A DNA stretch of 43,603 nucleotides from contig SCVI01000069.1 in NCBI GenBank assembly GCA_004296925.1, forward strand, positions 1 through 43,603, read 5' to 3'. Below the pieces are notes generated by a model. It saw only the letters and a list, made by a program, of their open reading frames with translations, was not told the origin of the DNA and ran no database searches. The translations under genes were made by a program, and so were the position numbers. This DNA is from Patescibacteria group bacterium. GTDB lineage: Bacteria; Patescibacteriota; Minisyncoccia; Phycocordibacterales; Phycocordibacteraceae. This document shows, piece by piece, positions 35,769-43,321 of the stretch; the first letter of the stretch is position 1, and every line of letters starts with the position of its first letter.

Positions 35769-38465
35769 ATGCCACCACCATTTGGAAATTTCACTACAAA
35801 AGCAAAAGAAGCAGTTCGGAAAGCGCACGAACTTGCAATTGAACGTGGTCAAAATCATGTAAGTTCGTTACACCTCATGGGAGCGCTCGCTCTTCAAGAG
35901 GATTCCATAGTGCTTGCAATACTTGAACGATTGGAAATTGACGCAATACTTTTCGCCGACTCTATTTTGGAGTTATTAGAAGCACCACCAGCAGGTTCAG
36001 TAATGTCACCGTCCTACCAGCTATATCTCACACCTGACTTAGCGCAAGCGCTTGAAAGTGCGGTAAAAATTGCAGCAACATTCAACGAGTCTTTTGTTTC
36101 TGTAGAGCATCTTTTTCTTGGCGTGCTTGAACACACTGGTCCATCAGCGGAATTATTCAACCGGTTTCGTATCGAAAAAAATGCAGTTTTGTCAGTTATT
36201 CAAGAATTTCGATCAGGTAGAAACTCAGAGGTGCAAGAGCCAAAAAAGATGCGCGCACTTGGTAAGTACACAAGGAACCTCACAAAACTTGCTGCTGAAA
36301 ACAAACTAGATCCTGTAATAGGTCGCGATGTTGAGATTAGCCGTGTTATCCAGATACTTTCGCGTAGAACAAAAAATAATCCAATCCTGATTGGAGAGGC
36401 CGGAGTAGGAAAAACAGCTATTGCCGAAGGATTGGCAAGCCGTATGGCGGTAAATGATGTCCCTGAATCTTTGAAGGGTAAAGAGCTCTTGATGCTTGAT
36501 CTTGGGATGCTCATTGCGGGTACAAAATATCGCGGGGAATTTGAAGAGCGATTAAAGACAATAATGAAAGAGGTTGAAAAGTCATCAGGGAAGGTAATTC
36601 TTTTTGTTGATGAGATTCATACACTTGTAGGAGCTGGAGCAGCAGAGGGTGCAATGGATGCGAGTAACATGCTTAAACCGGTACTTGCTCGAGGTGACTT
36701 CAGAGTTATTGGTGCAACGACTATAAAGGAGTATCAGCAACACATTGAGCGAGACCCCGCGCTCACTCGTAGGTTCCAACCTGTGTTTGTAAATGAACCG
36801 TCAGTAGAAGATGCGGTTGCGATTTTAAGAGGACTTCGTGAGAAGTATGAACTTTATCACTCGGTACGCATCACTGATGACGCAATTGTTGCAGCGGTTG
36901 AATTATCGTCTCGTTACATCACCGATCGTTTTCTTCCCGATAAGGCAGTCGATTTAATTGACGAGGCGGCGTCTGCATTGAAAATTTCACTTGAAAATAA
37001 GCCTGCCGCACTTGAAGTTACTGATAGAAAAATCATGCGTCTTGAGATTGAATTAGCTGCACTCCAGAAAGATGAAGATGCTCACGTGGGCAAGAATACG
37101 AAAACGCGTATGAAAGCAATCGAAAAAGAAATTGCAGAACTCAGAGAGACAACCGCAGAACTTGAAGTGAAGTGGAAAAACGAAAAAGAAGTGCTTACGG
37201 CAATTAGTTCACTAAAAAAGGAACTTGACCAGTTGCGCTCTGAAGCAGAGTCGGCCGAAGCAAGGGCAGATTTATCGCGTGCGGCTGAAATTCGCTACGG
37301 CACAGTGCCAACTCTCGAAAAGAGTTTAGAAAAAGAAAACGATAAGTTAAAGCGTTTCCAACGCTCACGAAGAGTATTGCGAGAAGAAGTTACCGATGTT
37401 GATATTGCAGAGGTAGTAAGCCGTTGGACCGGAGTGCCAGTTTCTAGGATGCTCGAAGCGGAAGCTAAGAAGCTTGCTCGCATGGAAGATGAGCTTAAAT
37501 CAGCGGTGGTGGGGCAAGACGACGCCGTACGCCTAGTGTCTGATGCAGTGAAGCGCTCTCGCGTTGGTATTGCAGACCCAAACCGTCCTATTGGTTCATT
37601 TCTTTTTTTAGGCCCAACCGGTGTAGGTAAAACAGAGCTTTCGAAAGCGCTTGCGAAATTTATGTTTGACGACGAGTCAGCAATCATTCGTGTAGACATG
37701 AGTGAGTTCATGGAGAAACACTCGGTGTCGAAGATGATTGGTTCACCTCCAGGATATGTTGGTCACGAAGAAGGAGGATCACTTACTGAAAAAATTCGTC
37801 ATCGACCATACGCTGTCGTGCTATTCGACGAAATTGAGAAGGCACACCCTGAAGTCTTTAACGTACTTTTACAGGTATTAGATAATGGTCAGCTTACAGA
37901 TGCGAAGGGAAGAAAGGTAAATTTCAAAAACTCAATTGTGATTTTGACATCGAACATTGGTGCTGAATACATCGATAAGATGTCGAGCTTCGGATTTACA
38001 AGTTCTGGCGGAACAGATGCAGGCGAGTATGAACTCGCTAAGGAAAAGGTAATGGGTCGCCTAAAAGACTACTTCCGTCCTGAATTTTTAAACCGACTTG
38101 ATGAAATAATTATCTTCAACATTCTTGCTGCCGAAGCTTTGAAGTCGATTGTCGATATGCAAGTGAAAATTGTGAAGGATAGACTCGCTACAAAAGACAT
38201 TACACTCGAAATCCATCCCGAAGTGTATGCATTCCTTTCAAAGGAAGGGTATAACCCTCAATACGGCGCACGCCCATTGAAGCGCCTCATTCAATCAAAA
38301 ATTCTTACACCGGTTGCATCGTTCATGGTGTCGCGAGGTGTTATGGAAGGAGGGACAGTTAGTGTCAGTATGAAAGGAAATGAGTTTGTCTTTGACGTCG
38401 TAAAGAGTGCACGTGCTAAAAAATCGCATAGAGCGAAGGTTGGGACAGCGGGTTCAAAAAAATAG
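35769..38465 (+). CDS. clpB: ATP-dependent chaperone ClpB
   Basis: Clp N domain, two AAA modules (GEAGVGKTAI and GPTGVGKTEL) and a long middle coiled coil. ORF track start is 35730; the Met at 35769 (MPPPFGNFT) fits better. Confidence 0.93.
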   Translation: MPPPFGNFTTKAKEAVRKAHELAIERGQNHVSSLHLMGALALQEDSIVLAILERLEIDAILFADSILELLEAPPAGSVMSPSYQLYLTPDLAQALESAVKIAATFNESFVSVEHLFLGVLEHTGPSAELFNRFRIEKNAVLSVIQEFRSGRNSEVQEPKKMRALGKYTRNLTKLAAENKLDPVIGRDVEISRVIQILSRRTKNNPILIGEAGVGKTAIAEGLASRMAVNDVPESLKGKELLMLDLGMLIAGTKYRGEFEERLKTIMKEVEKSSGKVILFVDEIHTLVGAGAAEGAMDASNMLKPVLARGDFRVIGATTIKEYQQHIERDPALTRRFQPVFVNEPSVEDAVAILRGLREKYELYHSVRITDDAIVAAVELSSRYITDRFLPDKAVDLIDEAASALKISLENKPAALEVTDRKIMRLEIELAALQKDEDAHVGKNTKTRMKAIEKEIAELRETTAELEVKWKNEKEVLTAISSLKKELDQLRSEAESAEARADLSRAAEIRYGTVPTLEKSLEKENDKLKRFQRSRRVLREEVTDVDIAEVVSRWTGVPVSRMLEAEAKKLARMEDELKSAVVGQDDAVRLVSDAVKRSRVGIADPNRPIGSFLFLGPTGVGKTELSKALAKFMFDDESAIIRVDMSEFMEKHSVSKMIGSPPGYVGHEEGGSLTEKIRHRPYAVVLFDEIEKAHPEVFNVLLQVLDNGQLTDAKGRKVNFKNSIVILTSNIGAEYIDKMSSFGFTSSGGTDAGEYELAKEKVMGRLKDYFRPEFLNRLDEIIIFNILAAEALKSIVDMQVKIVKDRLATKDITLEIHPEVYAFLSKEGYNPQYGARPLKRLIQSKILTPVASFMVSRGVMEGGTVSVSMKGNEFVFDVVKSARAKKSHRAKVGTAGSKK

Positions 38466-38501
38466 AAAAAAGTGCTACGCTAGTCGCTGGCCCAGTATTT
38501 T

Positions 38502-38584
38502 GCGTCGGTACTCAAGTGGTCAACGAGGGGAGACTGTAAATCTCCTGACTTCGGTCTTCGTTGGTTCGAATCCAACCCGGCGCA
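38502..38584 (+). tRNA. tRNA-Tyr (anticodon GUA), long variable arm
   Basis: GCGTCGG-TA-CTC..GGGAGA-CTGTAAA-TCTCC-TGACTTCGGTCTTC-GTTGG-TTCGAAT-CCAAC-CCGGCGC-A. Confidence 0.9.
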
Positions 38585-38748
38585 CAGAAACAAAAACCAG
38601 CCCCTCAGGGGGCGATTTTTGTCTGTGCGTCGGAGCAAGGCATAGGAATGCCTTGCGTGTTGGATTCGAAAGGTCGAGCATCTGAGTAAGCGAAGCGCTC
38701 AGGCGAGACCTGTACAGGGTTCTGTAAGAACCGAATCCAACCCGGTGC
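38585..38748 (+). repeat. tRNA-Tyr 3'-flank module
   Basis: A long hairpin lies at 38585-38626. A copy of the 5' acceptor strand, TGCGTCGG, lies at 38626-38633. The hairpin GCAAGGCAT-AGGA-ATGCCTTGC follows. The antisense T segment GTTGGATTCGAA lies at 38659-38670. The copy CGAATCCAACCCGGtGC at 38732-38748 matches 38567-38583 at 16 of 17 positions. Confidence 0.65.
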
Positions 38749-38850
38749 TCACCCTGCGAAGCGCAGGCCCTCACTTCCCTGCGGAAGTCCCGATGCCGGA
38801 CCCTTCCGCCTTTTTCATCCTTTAACTATCATCCTGAGGGAACAATTAAT

Positions 38851-39204
38851 GTGAACGTGAGCGGTGATACTGGTCAGAACCGTGATCTCGTTCTTACTTC
38901 GTATGAGCCGGTCAATTGGGTGCTTACAGTTCAGAATGGTGTACTGATTAATAAAATAATCGTTTCTGGATACCATTTATCGCGCGTTACAAATGTTCCA
39001 TCTGGTACACAAGTTGAATATCATTCTCTTTCTACCAATGGTAAGTACAATTATTCCTATCAGAGTTCGGGCCAGGAATACGATTCTCTAAAACAGTGGC
39101 TTACGGGCCTTTACAGAGCACCGGATGGAGAGTTAGATGGAAATTTCATGTTCCCGGGCTACAGCGCTTCTTCAATTAATGTGTACGTTGGGTATAAGGG
39201 ATAG
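38851..39204 (+). CDS. Hypothetical protein (GTG start, possibly a fragment)
   Basis: 117-aa ORF with no signal peptide and no recognisable family. Confidence 0.3.
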   Translation: MNVSGDTGQNRDLVLTSYEPVNWVLTVQNGVLINKIIVSGYHLSRVTNVPSGTQVEYHSLSTNGKYNYSYQSSGQEYDSLKQWLTGLYRAPDGELDGNFMFPGYSASSINVYVGYKG

Positions 39205-39346
39205 ATCTTAAACTGAAACTCCTATATACTCTCTGGCGATCAAGAATTGAAATTTCGTGCATCGTTCGTTTCGTTCAGTATTCCAGTCATGTTCAGTAGG
39301 TCCGGACATTTTGACCCATATCGAAAGCTAAGGTATAGTACACGGC

Positions 39347-39505
39347 ATGTCTCAAGACAACCTCATAAAAATGAAATCTTCGGCTTCTGGTCACATTGTG
39401 TGGACGAGGAAGAATAAGAAAAAACTTGCAAATAGTAAGCTTGAACTCAAAAAGTTTGACCCTGTTGTTCGAAAGCGAGTGAAATACAAAGAGTCTAAGA
39501 AATAA
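39347..39505 (+). CDS. rpmG: 50S ribosomal protein L33 (Cys-less form)
   Basis: Not in the ORF track because it is under 60 aa. Translation: [68 protein letters not shown]..RKRVxYKE matches L33. It lies upstream of tRNA-Trp, as in many bacteria. Confidence 0.8.
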   Translation: MSQDNLIKMKSSASGHIVWTRKNKKKLANSKLELKKFDPVVRKRVKYKESKK

Positions 39506-39684
39506 GTCTTTATCCTCCTTTCAGCTTATAGTTTCGAGTGTTAAACTCCCTAACTGAGGGCCTCGCTCGTTTATGCGACGCAGGTTCGGCATCTGGAACT
39601 TGGGCCTCGGCTGTTTACTAAAACAGCGTAGGCCCTGCATTCGGAAAGAATATGTGTGAGGACACCACATTCTCTTCCTCACTT

Positions 39685-39755
39685 GGGCCTATAGTTCAAT
39701 GGTAGAATTACGGTCTCCAAAACCGTCGATCAAGGTTCGAATCCTTGTGGGCCCG
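39685..39755 (+). tRNA. tRNA-Trp (anticodon CCA)
   Basis: GGGCCTA-TA-GTTC..ACGGT-CTCCAAA-ACCGT..CAAGG-TTCGAAT-CCTTG-TGGGCCC-G. Confidence 0.9.
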
Positions 39756-39870
39756 CTACATAGTCATATGTAAAGATCCGAAAGGATTCGAACCGTAGCC
39801 GTAGGGAGCGAAGAGCGACCGTAGGTCTCGAGTCGCAGTAGCGACGAGAGGCGAATCCTTGTGGGCCCGC
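39756..39870 (+). repeat. tRNA-Trp 3'-flank module (short form)
   Basis: The antisense T segment AAGGATTCGAA lies at 39782-39792. The 19-nt copy CGAATCCTTGTGGGCCCGC at 39852-39870 is identical to 39738-39756. Confidence 0.65.
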
Positions 39871-39957
39871 CTTCGTCCGACGTAGCCTTGGCGAAGTTGG
39901 AAATCGCCTCGTCTAGTCGTACTACGGCGGGTAAACCCGCCAAAGTCGAATACAAAT

Positions 39958-40194
39958 ATGTATTACGTCTATATCCTAAGGTGTGCAGACCAAAAACCGT
40001 ATACTGGTTGCACAGAAAATATTAAGGAACGACTAGAACGTCACTCAAAAGGTTACGTACCTGCGACGAGAGAACGTCGTCCTATCAATCTCACTCAATA
40101 TGTGGCATTTCAAGATAAGCAAAAAGCTTTTGAGTTTGAAAAGTATCTTAAATCAGGTTCTGGTAGGGCTTTTATAAAAAAACATCTTTCTTGA
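39958..40194 (+). CDS. GIY-YIG nuclease-domain protein (stand-alone URI domain)
   Basis: 78 aa, with YYVYILRCADQKPYTGCTENIKERLERH. Confidence 0.75.
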   Translation: MYYVYILRCADQKPYTGCTENIKERLERHSKGYVPATRERRPINLTQYVAFQDKQKAFEFEKYLKSGSGRAFIKKHLS

Positions 40195-40250
40195 TGTAGT
40201 AAAAAGAAACCATAACCCTTTTCCTTCAAAAAGAGTATTATTAATACCGT

Positions 40251-40832
40251 ATGCGTGAGGGGTATGAATCGAGTGCATCCGTGAACTCTGATAATCAAGG
40301 ATACGAACATCACCATAAAAGTGCGCGTATTAAATTACGCGGATTATCGCCATCAATATTTGGAAGCGCGTTAGACGCAACGAGACGTATATTTCCTAAG
40401 GTAAGCGATCAGCAGGACATTGAAGAGGCGTATCGAATGAGTCTTGAACCAGAAATATTTGAGAGTGAACTTAAGAAACAAGGTATACGCTCACTTAAAT
40501 ACTGGGTAGCTACAAAATCAAAGAAGTCACACGAAATTGCAGGAGTAACGGGACTTGAAACAATGTTAGAAGATGAGCCGGAGGTGGCATGGCTTGGATG
40601 GTTTGGCGTGACACCTGAGTTTCGCGGTAAAGGATTTGGGCGATCGTTACTCAAGACAACGATTTCTAAAGCGAGAACGATTGGTTTTGATAAATTGAGA
40701 TTGTGGACAACCACTGCCCCCGAAGAGATTGCTGCGCAAGACATGTATGAAGATTTTGATTTTCGATTGACGGGAGATGAAGAAATCCCTAATTCGGCAG
40801 AGTTTAAGCTCTACCGGGAAAAAACACTTTAA
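40251..40832 (+). CDS. GNAT family N-acetyltransferase
   Basis: WFGVTPEFRGKGFGRSLL (acetyl-CoA binding motif A). Confidence 0.7.
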   Translation: MREGYESSASVNSDNQGYEHHHKSARIKLRGLSPSIFGSALDATRRIFPKVSDQQDIEEAYRMSLEPEIFESELKKQGIRSLKYWVATKSKKSHEIAGVTGLETMLEDEPEVAWLGWFGVTPEFRGKGFGRSLLKTTISKARTIGFDKLRLWTTTAPEEIAAQDMYEDFDFRLTGDEEIPNSAEFKLYREKTL

Positions 40833-41889
40833 GTATTCGGTGAAGCAACCAGCTAAGTCCAAGAAGGATGCTTATGTTTAAAACAGTTGCTATCCAAGCA
40901 GGTGTTTGCGCGTAGAAAAATTCATAGCGTGATAAAAACGGCCAATGAATGAGATAGAGTGCGTATGAAAAAATACCGAACAAATACAGAATACGAACTT
41001 CAAAATTTTTCAGTATAAAAAATAGCAATATAAGTAGTGCGGTGAATAGGCTAATAAGTTCTTGTTGTGGTGTGCCGATGCCAGAAAAATAGGCAAAATA
41101 TGCAAACACACCAGCGATAAGTGTCATAAGTACTATGCGAGCACTGATTGGCATATACGTTATTTTTTGTTCTAAGCGTTCCCGTTTTTGTTGGTATTTT
41201 GTATAGAAGCCGCCAAGCGCAATTCCTATAGGAAACGCCAGAAGATGCACCACGTAGAGATGTTGAATGTTTGTAAGTAATGGTAACTGAAGTAACGTAA
41301 TGCCTTTTGCTAAACCAAAAAGGACTAAAGCTGAAAGAAGTGGGCGATTAGGTTTGAATACTAACGGAAAGAGTAAATAGAAAAAAAGTATAAAAGTGAA
41401 ATACCATAGTGGCGAATTAACATCTGTAAAGAGATCAGCGCTAGGGAAAAATCCTAAGAGCGAGTGAAGTATAGAATCTACAGTGTATGCTTTTTGCAGT
41501 AGCCATATATCCAACAAAAAAACAAAAGAGAGCACTATCCATAGTGGGGTATAGAGTTTTAAGAAATGTCTTCTATAGAAATTAAGCGGTGAGAGTAATT
41601 TTTTAGATTGAGATACCGCAAGCCCAAAACCAGAAAGAAACAAAAACAAGTCAACACCAACACCTGCCAACGCTGAGAGTGGAAAAAGAAACTCGTGATT
41701 CAACACTAAAAAATAACCAATATGACCAAAAATAATTGCAAGTATTGCAAACCCTTTTAATTCTTGTGAAAGTGATACTGGTAGCAGAGAAGTGGTCGTT
41801 CGCTTTCTAATCGAAAAAAGTACCGCGAGCAAAACAATAGCTATTACTACATAGGTAGAAAAGATAGGGTTCACTACTTGAAAAGGCAT
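40804..41889 (-). CDS. Acyltransferase family 3 (OatA-like) integral membrane protein
   Basis: 361 aa with about 10 TM helices. ELKGFAILAIIFGH is typical of acyltransferase_3. Confidence 0.7.
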   Translation of the reverse strand: MPFQVVNPIFSTYVVIAIVLLAVLFSIRKRTTTSLLPVSLSQELKGFAILAIIFGHIGYFLVLNHEFLFPLSALAGVGVDLFLFLSGFGLAVSQSKKLLSPLNFYRRHFLKLYTPLWIVLSFVFLLDIWLLQKAYTVDSILHSLLGFFPSADLFTDVNSPLWYFTFILFFYLLFPLVFKPNRPLLSALVLFGLAKGITLLQLPLLTNIQHLYVVHLLAFPIGIALGGFYTKYQQKRERLEQKITYMPISARIVLMTLIAGVFAYFAYFSGIGTPQQELISLFTALLILLFFILKNFEVRILYLFGIFSYALYLIHWPFLSRYEFFYAQTPAWIATVLNISILLGLSWLLHRILKVFFPGRA

Positions 41890-41945
41890 GGGTACAATCG
41901 TACCACTTTATAGCTATATTTTTTAAATGTCGTTATATTAAAGAT

Positions 41946-42224
41946 ATGGATGAGAGAGTCGATGCACTAGAAAGGGAAGTTGCGTTGCTTAAGGAAAGGA
42001 ATTCTCGTGTTGAGTCTGAGAAGGCATGGGAAACAAGCTTGTTTCGTGTGTGTACCATAGCGTTTTTAACCTACGTGTTTGCTAGCGTCTTCCTTGCATT
42101 TGTTGGGGTCCAGGAATATTTATTGAACGCCCTCGTTCCAACAATTGGTTTCGTGCTTTCAACACGATCTATACCAATTATAAAGAAAGCGTGGCTCCGT
42201 TTTCAAAAAGATAAGAAAAACTGA
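41946..42224 (+). CDS. Hypothetical coiled-coil plus two-TM protein
   Basis: 92-aa ORF with an N-terminal heptad region followed by hydrophobic helices. Confidence 0.4.
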   Translation: MDERVDALEREVALLKERNSRVESEKAWETSLFRVCTIAFLTYVFASVFLAFVGVQEYLLNALVPTIGFVLSTRSIPIIKKAWLRFQKDKKN

Positions 42225-42259
42225 TTTAGATACAGGCGATCAGTTTTTTAATTCCAATT

Positions 42260-42664
42260 CTATAAACAGTTATCGGGATGAAGTCTACAGAGTTCTTCAA
42301 GTTCTCTCGCTTCACGTTTCTCTCTGTCTCTCCTTTCGGCAGGTGTTTCCGCTGCTCTTTGACGTGCAAAAAATTGATCTGCTGCGGAAGACAAAGCTTG
42401 GTCGCCACCGCATACATTTCCAAGATTTGGCATTCTGCCATTTCTTAGTGCATTCCATTCTCTTTGATCGAGCCTTACGCAAGTTCTCAGTTGTTCCTCT
42501 GTAAGATCCCACCCGTTATAGTTTGAAGGTCTACTTTGCGCCTCTGCCGAAGGAACAAACACCCCAAGTCCAATTGCAAAAGCTATCGCAGTAAGTGGAT
42601 TTCTTGCATTTCGTACAGAATAATCCTGTCGTTTTTCACCACCTTCCATATCTCTTTTCACCAT
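42260..42664 (-). CDS. Hypothetical secreted or anchored charged protein, cassette copy 1
   Basis: 134 aa. The hydrophobic stretch ends in SAEAQ. The C-terminus is Arg/Glu-rich with Cys residues. GGAGGAGT lies immediately upstream of the ATG. Confidence 0.45.
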   Translation of the reverse strand: MVKRDMEGGEKRQDYSVRNARNPLTAIAFAIGLGVFVPSAEAQSRPSNYNGWDLTEEQLRTCVRLDQREWNALRNGRMPNLGNVCGGDQALSSAADQFFARQRAAETPAERRDREKREARELEELCRLHPDNCL

Positions 42665-42723
42665 ACTCCTCCTATTAGAGCGGTCAAGGCACCCTCGAAA
42701 AAGTCGTGTATTAATTAACAGAT
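42659..42723. promoter_or_regulatory. Repeated divergent leader/promoter segment, copy 1
   Basis: By hand alignment, 56 of 65 nt are identical to 43207-43271. It includes the RBS complement CCATACTCCTCC and TTAATTAACAGAT. CGCTATACTA (-10-like) follows in both copies. Confidence 0.45.
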
Positions 42724-42844
42724 CATGATTTGGATTCTCTTCTTAGGCCTCTTTCACCGCTATACTAGATATCAGTGTCACCAACTATGAAAAAGCTTGG
42801 GAAACAAGTAATGTTCACAATGGCTTTTTTCAGAGACTAATCTC

Positions 42845-43201
42845 TTAACGAAGCGAGCAAGAACTTCGAAGCTGATTGTCTCTTGGGTTCCTTGGCTGTC
42901 CTCGTCTATCTCGCTCTGCAAGAGCAATACACTGTCTTCCTAATTCCGCTTCCGCTGCATCGACCGCTCTTTGTAACTCCATAACTTCCCTGTCTTCTTC
43001 ATTTGCTCTACGGATTGCTTCACGTCGCTCTTGTTCTTCTCGCGGTAAAGATGCCTCATATTCTGTAAGCGTTACCCTCCTGCCTCCACCGTTTCTATCT
43101 TGCGCCTCCACTGCTCCACCAGTCACAAGCGATAACACTCCTGCGAGTGATGCTAACAGAGGTGCCTTTCTTCGTACTGGCCTGTGATCTTCTTGACCCA
43201 T
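42845..43201 (-). CDS. Hypothetical secreted or anchored charged protein, cassette copy 2
   Basis: 118 aa. The hydrophobic stretch ends in AVEAQ. The body is Arg/Glu-rich and helical. The architecture and upstream leader match 42260-42664. Confidence 0.45.
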   Translation of the reverse strand: MGQEDHRPVRRKAPLLASLAGVLSLVTGGAVEAQDRNGGGRRVTLTEYEASLPREEQERREAIRRANEEDREVMELQRAVDAAEAELGRQCIALAERDRRGQPRNPRDNQLRSSCSLR

Positions 43202-43206
43202 ATATT

Positions 43207-43271
43207 CACCATACTCCTCCTATTAGAGTGGTCAAGGTGCCTCCCAAGAAGCTGTGTATTAATTAACAGAT
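43207..43271. promoter_or_regulatory. Repeated divergent leader/promoter segment, copy 2
   Basis: See 42659-42723. Confidence 0.45.
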
Positions 43272-43321
43272 TGTCTTAATACCTATCTTTTCTTGTCATT
43301 TCCTCGCTATACTAAGGCACA

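Noticed and set aside
38407-38774. ORFs 38407-38685(+) and 38520-38774(-); also 39764-39955(-)
   Set aside because: They overlap tRNA-Tyr or tRNA-Trp and their modules. No independent coding evidence.
6659-39792. Minus-orientation tRNA genes suggested by GGATTCGAA / GAGATTCGAA / GGACTTGAA boxes inside the modules
   Set aside because: The flanking 5 nt on each side are not complementary, so there is no T-stem, and no acceptor or anticodon arms follow. Only the T-loop plus one stem strand is present.
6356-39870. A CRISPR array or T-box leaders as explanations for the tRNA-derived repeats
   Set aside because: Each repeat occurs only twice and differs between loci, so there is no repeat-spacer periodicity. 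T-box elements pair with the anticodon and the NCCA end and precede aaRS or transport genes, and neither applies here.
40804-40832. 29-nt convergent overlap of the GNAT and acyltransferase_3 genes as a regulatory feature
   Set aside because: Short convergent 3' overlaps are common in compact genomes. Nothing else is unusual here.
42787-42840. 17-codon ORF MKKLGKQVMFTMAFFRD as a real gene or a truncated pilin
   Set aside because: It is too short, and I could demonstrate no homology to the pilin N-termini. I mention it only as a positional observation in the cassette finding.
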